From Camelus dromedarius (Eukaryota): a DNA stretch of 64,000 nt. The notes under the pieces were generated by a model that saw nothing but the letters and a program-made list of their open reading frames with translations, was not told the origin of the DNA and did not search any database. The position numbers and the translations under genes were made by a program. Positions 38,195 through 49,838 of the stretch are shown here, piece after piece. Position 1 is the first letter of the stretch. Every line of letters begins with the position of its first letter. Location: positions 91,576,001-91,640,000 of the forward strand of contig NC_087472.1 in assembly GCF_036321535.1 (NCBI RefSeq). Direction: 5' to 3'.

Positions 38195-39772
38195 TTACCT
38201 GGAAAGGCTCTCCTTCAGATTTGATGGAGAGATCAAAAGCTTCACAGACAAGCAAAAGCTAAAAGAGTTCAGCATCATCAAACCAGTTTTTCAAGAAATG
38301 TTAAAGGAAATTCTCTAAGCAAAAGAGAAAAGGCCACAATGGGGAACATGAAAATCACAAAAGGGAGAAGTTCATCAGTAAAGGAAAACATATGCAGTTA
38401 AGGGAAATAATTATATATAAAATATGATATCAAAAACAGTAATCATGAGGGGAAGAGAGTACAAATGCAGCGTTGTTAAAATGCATTTGAAATTAAGAGA
38501 TTGGCAACTTAAAACAATCATATATACATAGATGTGTGTGTACAAATATATATGTGTGTGTGTGTGTATATACATATACACACACATACAAAATCACCTC
38601 ATGGTAACCACAAACCAAAAATCCATAATAGATACACACACAAAAAAGAAAAAGGAATCCAAACATACCACTAATGATAGTCATCAAATCACAAGAGAAT
38701 GAAAGAAGAAAAGAATGAAAAAACCTACAAAAACAACCCTAAAACAATTAACAAACTGGCAATAAGAACATGTAAATAATTACTTCAAATGTAAATGGAC
38801 TAAATTCTCCAATCAAAACACACAGAGTGGCTATCTATGACAAAGGATGCAAGAATATACAATGGAGAAAAGACAGTCTCTTCAATAAGTGGTGCTGGGA
38901 AAACAGGACAACTACATATAAAATAATCAAATTAGAACATTCTTTAACACCATATACAAAAATAAACTCAAAATGAACTAACAACCTAAATGTAAGACTG
39001 AAAACCATAAAAATCCTAGAAGAAAACATGGGAAGAACACTTTGACATAAATCAGAGCAGTATTTTTTTGGATCTGTCTCTTAAAGCAAAGGGAAAAAAA
39101 TAAACAAATGGGACTTAAAAAATCTTTTTCACAGCAAAGGAAATCATCAACAGAATGAATAGATAACCTTCTGAATGGGACAAAATATTTGCAAATGATA
39201 CAACCAATAAGGGGTTAACATCCAAAATATACAAACAGCTCATACAACTCAACAGCAGAAAAACAAACCCAATCAAAAATGGGCAGAAGACATGAATAGA
39301 CATTTCTCCAAAGTAGATATACAGATGGCCAACAGGCACATAAAAAGATAGTCAACACTGTTAATCATCAGAGAAATGCAAATTAAAACCACAGTGAGTT
39401 ATCACCTCACACTTGTCAGAGTGGCTATCATCAAAAAGAACACAAATAACAAATGTTGGTGAGGATGTGGAGAAAAGGAAGCCCTTGTACATTGTTGGAG
39501 AAAATGTAAATTGGTGCAGCCAATGTGGAAAACAATATGGAGGTTTCTCAAAAAACTAAAAATAGAACTACCACATGCTCCAGCAATTCCACTCCTGGAT
39601 ATATATCTGAAAAAAAAAAAAACCCCAAACCCTAATTTGAAAAGATATATGCACCCTAATGTTCATAGCAGCATTATTTAAAATTGCCAAGAAATGGAAG
39701 CAACTTAATGGCCCATTAACAGATGACTAGATAAAGAAGAAGGTGGTGTGTGTGTGTGTGTGTGTGTGTGTT

Positions 39773-39804
<32 letters not shown>

Positions 39805-40180
39805 AAATACTATACAGACATAAAAATAACAAAAATTTGCCATTTTGCAACAACACAGATAGACTTGGAGGTTATTGTGCTGAAATGCATCAGATGGAGA
39901 AAGGCAAATACTATATGATATCACATATATGTAGACTCTAAAAAATAAAATAAACTAGAGACAACAATGAAAAAGAAACAGACTCTTAGATATAGTGAAT
40001 AAACTAGTGGTTACCAATGAGGAAAGGGAAGCAGAGAAGGGCATGGGAGGGGTAGGGGATTAAGAGGTAGAAACCACTATGTATAAAATAAACTACAAAG
40101 ATATATTGTACAACACGGGGAATATAGCCAGTCTTTTGCCACTATAAATGGAATATAACCTTTAAAAATTGTGAATCACC
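38195..40180 (+). mobile_element. L1 fragment (ORF1 end, ORF2 start, large internal deletion, ORF2 end, 3'UTR)
   Basis: [15 protein letters not shown] joins directly to [25 protein letters not shown] at ~38833. Contains (TG)n(TA)n at ~39747-39800. Confidence 0.88.
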
Positions 40181-40752
40181 TTTTTGAATACAGTATTATT
40201 AACTATAGTCACAATGCTGTACATTACATCCCCAGGACTTATTTTTTTATAACTGAAAGTTTGTACCCTTTGTTCACTTAGACCCATTTCTTCCATTCTC
40301 CATCCCCTCTGAAAACCAATCTGTTCCCTATGTCTGAGTTCACTTTTTTTTTAAAGATTCCACATACAAGTGAGACTATATAGTATTTATCTTTCTCTAT
40401 CTGACTTACTTCACCTAGCATAACGCCCTCAAGGTCCATCCATGTTGCTGCAAATGACAGGATTTCCTTCTTTTTTTATGATGGAATAAAATTCAATTGT
40501 GTGTGTGTATCGTATTTTCTTTATCTATTCATCTATTAATGGACACTTAGGTTGTTTTCACGTCTCGGCTGTGGTAAATAATGTTGCAATGAACATGGGG
40601 TGCAGATATCTTTTCAAATTACAATTGATTTCATTTCTTTCAGATAAATTCCCAGTAGAGGAATTGCTGGATCATATAGTAGTTCTATTTTCAGTTTTTA
40701 GATGAACCTGTCTACTGTTTTCCATACTGGCTGCATCAATTTACATTCCCAT
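40181..40752 (-). mobile_element. L1 3' region in the opposite orientation
   Basis: Contains aaggtccatccatgttgctgcaaatgacaggatttccttc...ggacacttaggttgttttca. Confidence 0.85.
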
Positions 40753-41213
40753 AAACTCACATTTTCTTGAATAATCTAAAAAAAGCAGGTATATTTCTTG
40801 TAAATTTAGTAAAAGAAAGACTGAATGGAGTAAACCAAACCCTTAATTGACCAACTTTTACTTTTTTTCTCTATTTTCTTATCCTATTTTAGTGTGTGGT
40901 TCTTTCACATTACCAAGGAGATCCCTATTCCAATGCCATGCAATCTTGTTCTGGATCACATTTAAGATTTAAGAATTTCCAATTTGTATTTCAAAACACA
41001 AAATTCTTACTTCTAAACCTGATAAACAACAATAATAGAGTGATCCATGTGATTCATATACTTATGTTCTGAATCAAATAAATTTTCTGTTGGGGGGGCA
41101 GGGAACACTTGAAAATTACCACAAAAAAAAAGTTAACAAGTTATTCATGCATACCAGGAGCACTGGTTAACAGGCTTTTCCAACTACAAAGTGAAGAATC
41201 TGCTCAGACCTCC

Positions 41214-42242
41214 CTAGGGGTGAGAGGAGCGGCTGGATGTGGCCCTGGAACGCGCACTGGTCGTGGCAGTAGGGCCATCCCTGGCTGCAGCTCTGGCTCG
41301 GGCTCTCTCTTCCTCATCTCTCTAAGCCTCTTCATAATGGGTTGGGAAGGCAGTGGGGACCGTATCATTGACCTTGGCCCAAAACTCCAGGACTTTCATC
41401 TTGCTGGTTTCAGCGTGGGCTTTTGGGCCCCACAGGAACTCATAGCGGGGAGGATCACTGTTGGGCACCTGGCGGTACTCTAGGTACTTTTCCTGCACCA
41501 AATCTTCTGTGATAAGCTTCCTGGGCTCCCCAAAGATGAAGTGACTCCTTCGATCATAGACACCCAGAATATTCAGGAATTCCCAGGTCTCCTACTTAGA
41601 GGTGCAGTTGCCATTCAAGAAGATCATACCCAGGAGAGGTATCAGAAGCCCATTCTTAGGAAGTCCCCAGTCACTGCTCAGACTCCTATTTATGGGGATT
41701 TCTCATTTGTTAACAAGTCTATAGGGGTGACCACTGAGCTTGACTTCCTTCAGCTCGAGGCCAAAGACCAGCTCCATGCGCTCAGTGGCTCTCCTGAGGA
41801 TCTCAGGGAAATTCTCCCTGTGCATTTTGTTGACAGCCTTAAGCATGTGTGCCTTCATAATGGACTCTTTCATTTTATATCTCTGCAGCAGGAGTTGTAT
41901 CAACATCCCTGCCTTTCTGGTTATAGGATCTTTCAATAAGCTCTCAGTGGAGATTGAGGCTTCATAGGAACTTGCACTTTCTCACCTTGGCTCTTAACAT
42001 CTTTTTTTCAGAACTTGTGCATGGAATAGCTGAGAAATAATGATGGTGGATGGGGATATGTGAGGCTCCTAGGAGTTTCACCAATAGGGGAATCCAAGGG
42101 AGCATCCCCAAAACAGGAGAGGAAAAGAAGGGGGACTCTTCCTGCTGCACTGGTCTAAGTACCCTTGAGATCTTACATCTCATCCTGGGCCTAGTGGCAT
42201 TTATCATGAGCACTGAGCTTACTCTTGTGACCCCCAAGGAAT
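41214..42242 (-). pseudogene. MAGE-B pseudogene at the MAGEB4 position
   Basis: Aligns along the whole MAGE-B CDS. The start codon is ATT (42240-42242), followed by a +1 G frameshift. Stops occur early in the N-terminus and at 41703-41705 (TGA), 41592-41594 (TAG) and 41322-41324 (TAG). ORF fragment 41703..41936 reads as MAGE homology domain (DPITRKAGMLIQLLLQRYKMKE...MELVFGLELKEV). It ends RATSSRSSHP-TAG. Confidence 0.9.
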
Positions 42243-42867
42243 GATGACTGTGATCAGGAACAGTAGGCAGGAGTGTAGATGATACTGGCACTTGAATATG
42301 GGAGAAGGAGATGGTATGAGGATTTTCAGCAGGGTGATTCAACATAGGCTTTAACCAAGTCCATCTCTGCAGGTTTCCTTGAGGGCATTGCTCTAGGAAA
42401 CCACAAGGCTGTTGTTCTCCTGGTCCACCTGTCTCTGAGAACCCAGTGGAGACACAGTGAGTCTTAGGCTGCAGCCTGTCTGCCCTGTCTTTTACTGACT
42501 AGGGTAACAGTATGAATGGTAGTGGGGCCACGTGTGTTTTTCAGTGTAGGGAGTCCTCTCTGTTTAGCTTCAGGATTATCATGACAACTCTTGGCAAGGC
42601 CTGGAACCTCTTCTGTCCTCTTCTCTAAAATTGACACCCCAAATCTCCCTGGTACTGTCAAGAAGGAAATATGGGGAGTGCCTCACCCCACCACTCTTAT
42701 CAGGGGGCACCCAGCACTTACAGCCCTATGGGTACCTCTCTGTCCTAAGCCATCATTCAGTGTCCTCATTTGGATATCACACAGGGTCATGGACTTTTCC
42801 TTCCCCTGAATGGTGGCTAGACCTTCAGATCAAGGGTCTCACCTCCTTCTAGACCTCATATAAAAAG

Positions 42868-45085
42868 TAATGGGGATCCAGGAAAGAAATAATTGATAAG
42901 CTAGATTTCATTCTCTCAAAACTTCTTTCTCTGAAAAATATACCGTCAAGAGAACAAGACAAGCTACATTCTGGGAGAAAATCTTTGCAAAAGACATATC
43001 TGATGAGGCTGTTATACAAAATATACAATGAACTCTTAAATTTCAACAAGAAGAAAATCAACAACCCAGTAAAAAAAAATAGACAAAAGATATGAATAGA
43101 TACCTCACCAAGGAAGATACACAGATAGCAAATTAGCATATGAAACGATGCTCAGCATCATGTATCATTAGGCAATTGCAAATTAAAATAACAATGAGAT
43201 ACCACTACATGCCTTTTAGAATGGCCAAAGTCCAAAGGACTGACAACACCAAATACTGGTGAGCATGTGGATCAACAAGAACTCCCATTTGTTGCTGGTG
43301 GCAATGCAAAATGGAATAGCCACTTTGGAAGACAGTTTGGAAGCTTCTTAGTGAATTAAACACATTCTACAATGTTGGTGGGAATGTCAATTGGTCCAGC
43401 CCCTGTGGAAAACAGTATGGAGTTTCCTCAAACAAATCAAAAATAAAATATGATACTTTTGGCAATCCCACTACTAGATATCTATCCAAAGGAATTGAAA
43501 TCAGGGCCTCAAAGAGAAATCTGCACTTCCATATTCATTGCAGCATTATTCACAATAGCCGAGACATGGAAGCAGCCTAAATGTCTAATGACAAATGAAT
43601 GGCTAAATAAAGTGTAAAATTTACATACAATGGAATATCATTCAGCCTTAAAAAGAAGCTAAACTCACCAGTTGGGACAGCATGGATAAGTTTGAAGGAC
43701 ATTATGCTAAAGTGAAATAAGATAGATGCAGAAGGATAAATAGTGCATGATATTTATATGACAAATCTAATATAGTCAAAGTCAAAGAAGCAGAGAGTAG
43801 AGTGGTGGTTGCCAGGGGCTATGAGAAGGGGGATAATGAGCAGGTATTAGTCAAAAGTTACAGTTTCAGTCATGTAAGATAAATAAGTCCTAGGGATCTA
43901 CTATCCAGCATAGAGCTTACAGTCAACATTATTGTACTATACACAAACATTTTTCTAAGAGGTTAAATCTTATGGTAAGTGTACTTAATCACAAAAATTA
44001 AAAACGGTAGGAGGAAACTTTTGGAGGTAATGGATATGTTTATGGCATAAATTGTGATGATAGTCTCACAGGTACATATCTCCTGTATATACCAATTTGT
44101 ATACATTAAATATGCATAGTTTTTTGTATGTTAATCATACCTCAAAGAATTGTTGTTTGTTTTAAAACTGACTAAACAAACTTTCACCTTACAATCTAGT
44201 AATCATGCTCCTTGGTATTTACCCAAATGAGTTGGAAACTTATGTCCACACGAAAACCTGCACATAGATGTTTATAGCAGTATTCATAATTGCCAAAACT
44301 CAAGAGCAAAAAAGGTGTCCTTCAGCAGGTAAATGGATAAATTGTGGTATATCCTGACAACTGAGGATTATTCAGTGCTAAAAATAAATGATTTAGCAAG
44401 CCATGAAAAGAGATGGAGGAACCTTAGATATGCATTACTAAGTAAAAGAAACTAATCTGAAAAGGCTACATGATTCCAACTATATGACATTCTGGAAAAG
44501 GAAAAAGTATAGAAAAATTAAAAAGATGAATGGTTGCCAGGGGTTGGGGGGAGGGAGGGATGAATAGGCAGAGCACAGAGAATTTTTAGGGACGTGAAAT
44601 TACTCTGTATGATACTATAATGGTGGCTACAAGTCGTCATACATTTATCAAAATCCACAGAGTGTACAACACCAAGAATGAAGCCTATTGTAACTATGGA
44701 CTTTTTGTGCTAATGATGTGTCAATGTAGCCTCTTAGATTGTAGCAAATATCCCACTGCAGTGGGGGATGTTGATAGTGGGAGAGGCAGTAAGAGGGTAT
44801 ATGGAACTTTTTGTACTTTCTGCTTCATTTTGCTGTGAACCTAAACCTGCTTTTTAAAATAAAAATTTTAAAAAATGATGTAGATAAACAACAAGCTTAT
44901 AAGTTTATACTGTATAGCACAGAGAACCATATTCAATATCTTGTAGTAACCTATGGTGAAGAAGAATATGAGAATGAATGTGTGTATGTTCCTATATGAC
45001 TGAGGTATTGTGCTGTACACCAGAAACTGACACAACATTATAAACTGACTGTAATTCAATACAAATATATTAAAAGAAAAAACCA
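42868..45085 (+). mobile_element. Nested L1 insertions (old L1MC-like host, L1MA-like insert ~43372-44160, younger L1 3' end ~44878-45080)
   Basis: Repeated L1 ORF2-end/3'UTR motifs. They interrupt a MAGE 5' module that resumes at ~45090. Confidence 0.85.
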
Positions 45086-45089
45086 AACT

Positions 45090-46010
45090 GATGGGGGCCC
45101 GGTAGCTCAGCCTCACATCCCACCCTGGGGATTTAAGTCTTGAGTGCAGGAGCAGGGCCAGATTCTTTGTTCCCCTGGCTATTCAGGAGTGGGTGGGCCC
45201 CTGGGTCCTCACTCATTTTCCTTGATTGGACTCCTGGCAGGGCCTGAGGCTCTTCTCTTTTGATCTGAGGCCATTTCCTCCGGGAAAGGCTTTTACCTCC
45301 CTGAGATCTAATAGAAGGAGGTGAGGGTGGCCTTATTTGGCCACACCTGCCATGGCCTCCCTCCCATGAGTGACAGCTGTATGAAGCAGGCTGAGACTGC
45401 ATGATGGTGAGCCCACTCAGGGTTCTAACTCAGCATCCTAAATCTGACCCATGTGAAGGCCTCAATCTGCTGACCTGGGACCTCCCCCTCAAACCATGTT
45501 CCTCATTGTTCTGTTATCCCTGAAGAGGATATGAGGCCATCTCTGCCTAACATTTACACCAAGATCTGTCATGACAACAGGGAGGATTCTGTGAGGTCTC
45601 CACAATTTGGGTTTGGTGGTCCTAGAACTCTTCGGGGTGCTCACCTTCCTCCTGGCAATCCTGGGAAATCCTATCTCTACTGACCTGAGTTGGCCAGCCT
45701 CAGACTAAGGTCTTCACCTTCTTGACCTCTTAAGTGGAAATCAGGTTCAGCCACATCCTGCTGAGGCTATCTGGGGACTCTGAGGGCTGACAGCAGGGTC
45801 AAGAGTCTATGGGCCACACTGTTCTGGGAGGGCAGTGCTTCCTTCATTCCTCGTCCAGGGTTCTCTCTGTCATATGTGGCAGAGACTGGGACTCCTCCCT
45901 CTGCTGACCTGAAGTCATCCTCTTAAGTCCCTGAGAACCCTCAAGAATAAGTGAGGGCCTGCTCAGGCTGACAACTTGGCCCAGCATTTTGCTCTCCCCA
46001 GTCTTCCTAC
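45090..46010 (-). repeat. Module array of the pseudogene unit, continuing 42540-42865 across an L1 insertion
   Basis: Landmarks at ~45242, 45662 and 45885, depleted of CpG. Confidence 0.6.
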
Positions 46011-47381
46011 AAGGGGCCCTTCATCATGGCTTCTGTTTTTTGATGAAAGGCCTCCTCTGAAACGCCATATCCCTGCAAACTCCTGACCACTTTCCCTACG
46101 GCAAACCCTGGGCCCCTGCCCCAGAAGTGATGTGAGATAGGGACACTCCAACACAAGGCAGAGACTCCAGGATGGATGTGCTGTCAAAGAAAAAAAAGTA
46201 CACTGATCTATCCCTTTTATTTACCAGCCAGACAGCCTTCAATATAACTTCTCTTTGAATAGATTCAACTTCCAAATGCAAGGGGCTGTCCAGCATGATT
46301 TTGCAAGCCCCTGATCTTTTGAGGTTATCTGAGTTTGGATATGTAGATTATCATATTGTCACTGAACATTATCTTTCTCTCCTTTATTCATACTTCTTAA
46401 TTATTTTGATATGCTTATTGCCTTATTGCTATGGTTATGGATTCCAGTCCAGTGTTTTGGGCACAGGGCCCTTCTTTTTATCACCTGAGATATTTTAGAG
46501 TAGTGAGAAGGAAGGTGATTTAAGGAATTAAGTTGGCCTCAGGCTGGAAGGAGTGGAGAAGTGTTAATTCTTCAGACTTAATTCAGGCCAGGGGTCTAGT
46601 TCCAACACTGTCACTTAACAGCTGTGTGAAATTGGGTACATTCCCAAACTCTATGAGCCTCAGTCTTTTCATTTGTGAAATGGGTTTGATATGCTCTGTC
46701 TTGGGGACTGATGGACTGTACAGAGTGCCTGTAAAGTACCCAGCCCATTGCCTGGCCTACACTCAGACTTAAAAGGATGCCTATTCTATGATTAATTTTT
46801 CCCCTGGAGTTTCAACCCACTACACTGAGATTTAATTTTAAATCCAAGAAGATGCCAGAGAATTAAGCAGGGTTCTAGGACAAAGGAACCCCTCCCAGGA
46901 AAAATACTGCTTAGCAAGAAAAACTATTTCCTCATTAAACTATGTCAATCCATGTTGACATAAGGTAGACTTCCTCAGCAAATGCGACACAAAGCTCTAA
47001 AACATGTTTCAAGGACAAAAAACGTACCTCCCTCTCAGTTGCATTTCCCTATAAACTCTCCTAATTTGATTCATTTAACCACCCACAAAAATCTAGACCT
47101 TGCCTAGAGCTTGCCAAATTATATACAAGATAACCTAATTTGAATGATTTTTTTTTAATGGAGTGGGCTTTGGCTCCCCCACCAGGACAACAAGTGCCAG
47201 TCCAGGAGCTTCTGGGCATCCCACCTCAAGAGAGTACCACCCTTCTCAAAAACTCCCTGGAGATGATGTGAAAAAAACATCTAACATGCACAATGTTCAC
47301 CTGCACTGGGACATGAGCACAGGACACATTCCATTCCTGTCTCGGGTGATTTCTCTCTGATTTACCCACATCCCTAAAGTA

Positions 47382-47828
47382 CAGGCCTACCTCGAAGATA
47401 TTGCAGGTTTGGTTCCAGACCACTGTAATAAAATAAGTGTCACAATAAAGTGAGTCACAAGAATTTTTTGGTTTCCCAGTGCTATTATAAATTAAGTTTA
47501 CACTCTACTGTAGTCTATTAAGCAAGCAATAGCATTATGCCTAAAAACAATGTACGTACCTTAACTTAAAAAGGCTTTTGCAAAAAAAATGCTAATCATA
47601 ATCTGAGCCTTCAGTGAATCATCACCTTTTTGCTGGTGGAGGGTTTGAAATATTGTGAAAATTACCAAAACGTGACACAGAGACATGAAGTGAGCAAATG
47701 CTGTTGGAAAAATGGCACTGAGAGACTTGTTCAAAGCAGAGCTGACAGAAACCTTGAAGTTGTTAAATAAAAAAAGTAGTATCTGTGAACTGCAATAAAG
47801 CAAAGCACAACAGAATCAGGTAGGCCTG
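47382..47828 (-). mobile_element. Tigger1 internal-deletion derivative
   Basis: Ends CAGGCCTACCT / AGGTAGGCCTG with a TA TSD. Removing it restores ctaaagTAactgtcaagggcag, which matches the empty paralogous sites at ~29210 and ~35550. Confidence 0.9.
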
Positions 47829-48265
47829 TAACTGTCAAGGGCAGGTTCCCATTCTAGGCTTTGTCTTTCAACTATGGGGCCACCATCTGAGAAGTCAGCT
47901 CCGCTCATGATCATCACAGCCTCACCCAGCCCACCATGCCCCTAACTCATAATTACCTCCCACTGAAGGACTCCGATTTTCCCAAAGCCCACCACTGCCT
48001 TGCATCAGGGACTTTACATTTGACTGCCGATGCTATCATCTGGAATCACCTCTCTCCTTTCTTATCCTGCCTTTTCATTTGTCCTTTTGATCTTAGAGTA
48101 TGTATCACCATTTTCCTTACATGACAGCTGCTTCTTGACTCTGTGATTTTATGGTCAGTGGCTCGGTCTTTTCCTCAGCTTTCCCAGTACTAGCATGGAG
48201 CCTTCTAAGAGCAGATACTCAATTCATGTTTCGGAAATAAATCAGCCTGTGAGCGTGAGGTCTAA

Positions 48266-48271
48266 TTTATT
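48266..48271 (-). terminator. Putative polyadenylation signal AATAAA of MAGEB3
   Basis: AATAAA on the minus strand ~530 nt after the stop, in a context homologous to 29575-29640. Confidence 0.6.
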
Positions 48272-48797
48272 ATGATTTAATTCCACATTTAGAATTAGCC
48301 AAGCACATACTGTTATTTATAATTTTTTAAAACACAAAATGAAAGGGATTAGGAAGCCAAATAGTGACCATATTACTTTTTCTGTATTTCTCGATGCCAC
48401 ATATTTTACTGCTACATTTTTTCACATTTTCAAGGAAATGCACATTGCAATGCCATGTTATCTTGCACCAGATTACTAAGTAAGATGGAAGTTATCTCAA
48501 TTTCTTTTACAAAACAGCAAAATTCTTACTCTGAGGCCTGATAAACAACAGTATGTGTGATGGATATAACTCAGAAACTTAGATGATAATGCTAGCTAAA
48601 TCTTCATCTAGGAGTAACATTTGACAAAGAGCAAAAAAAAAAAAAAAACCAAAACACAAATATCTCCCAATTCCCCATATAGAAGAGGAAGACAAAGGGA
48701 TTATACACTGTGTTCCCTCAGTCACACACAGCCCTCCACTACTTGGAACATTAACTGCTCTCTTCAACCACAAAGTGCAGAATCTGCCTCAACTTCA

Positions 48798-49838
48798 CTA
48801 GGGGTGGTAGTTGCTGCTGGACATAACACTGGAACTTCCACTGGCCACGGCACTGGTGTCAGCCTTTAGCGTAACTGTGGCTTGGACTCTCTCCTCTTCA
48901 TCTTTCAAAGCCTCTTCATACCAAGACTGGAAGGCACTGGGGATGGTATGATTAATCTTGGCCAGAAACTCCAGGACTCTCATCTTGCTGGTTTCGGCAT
49001 GGGCTCTTGGACCCCACAGGAACTCATAGCGAGCTGGATCACTGTTGGGCACTTGCCGGTATTCCAGATACTTAAGCTTCACCAAATCTTCCGTGATGAG
49101 CTTCTTGGGCTCCCCGAATATGAAGTGTCTCTTCCCAGCGTAGACTCTCATTTTATTCAGGAACTTCCAGATCTCCTCCTCAGTGGCACAGTTGCCCTTC
49201 ATGAAGATCACACCCAGGAGATTCAGCAGGAGGCCGCTCTTGGGAAACCCCTTGCCTGGGCTGACCGTCCCATTGTGAGGGAGGTCCATCTTGCTGACAA
49301 GGATGTAAGAATGCTTGGGAAGGTTGACTTTCTTTAAATCAACACCAAATACCACCTCCAGGCTGAAAGAGGCTCTTTCGAGGATCTCAAGGAATCGATT
49401 TTGGTACTTCTTACTGATGATCTTCAGCATATCTGCTTTCACAAAGGGCTTTTTCATTTTATACCTGTGCAACAGGAACTGCACCAACATGCGCGTTGCA
49501 TTGCTTAGAGGGTCTCTCTGAGACCGCACAGCGGAAAGCAGGGCCTGAGAGGCACTTTGCTTTTTCTCAATTTTGCCATTGGCTCCTTTGCATGATCTTG
49601 TGCGAGACACACCTGCAGACACAGTGGTGGTGGGCAGAACTCTCTGAGGCCTCTTGGGAGCACCACGTGACCCAGCACCACGCTTTCTCTGAGTAGTAGC
49701 TCCAAAAGGAGGGGGTGAAGAGGAGAACGCTTCCCCCTTGGTTGCAGTGGCCTGAGCACCCCTCAAGCCCTGGGTCTCACCATAGGCCTGGTGGCGTTTC
49801 TGACGGGCGCGGAGCTTACTTTTCTGACCCCGAGGCAT
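48798..49838 (-). CDS. MAGEB3: Melanoma-associated antigen B3, 346 aa, single coding exon
   Basis: ATG at 49838 gives MPRGQKSKLRARQKR. Segments match human MAGEB3 as I recall it: [101 protein letters not shown]. Same length as human MAGEB3; ends at TAG. Confidence 0.93.
   Translation of the reverse strand: MPRGQKSKLRARQKRHQAYGETQGLRGAQATATKGEAFSSSPPPFGATTQRKRGAGSRGAPKRPQRVLPTTTVSAGVSRTRSCKGANGKIEKKQSASQALLSAVRSQRDPLSNATRMLVQFLLHRYKMKKPFVKADMLKIISKKYQNRFLEILERASFSLEVVFGVDLKKVNLPKHSYILVSKMDLPHNGTVSPGKGFPKSGLLLNLLGVIFMKGNCATEEEIWKFLNKMRVYAGKRHFIFGEPKKLITEDLVKLKYLEYRQVPNSDPARYEFLWGPRAHAETSKMRVLEFLAKINHTIPSAFQSWYEEALKDEEERVQATVTLKADTSAVASGSSSVMSSSNYHP

Noticed and set aside
48882..49337. 151-aa plus-strand ORF and similar ORFs at 30206, 30648, 41109, 41541 and 36558
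   Set aside because: Antisense shadows of MAGE coding sequence; they recur only because the sense strand is homologous.
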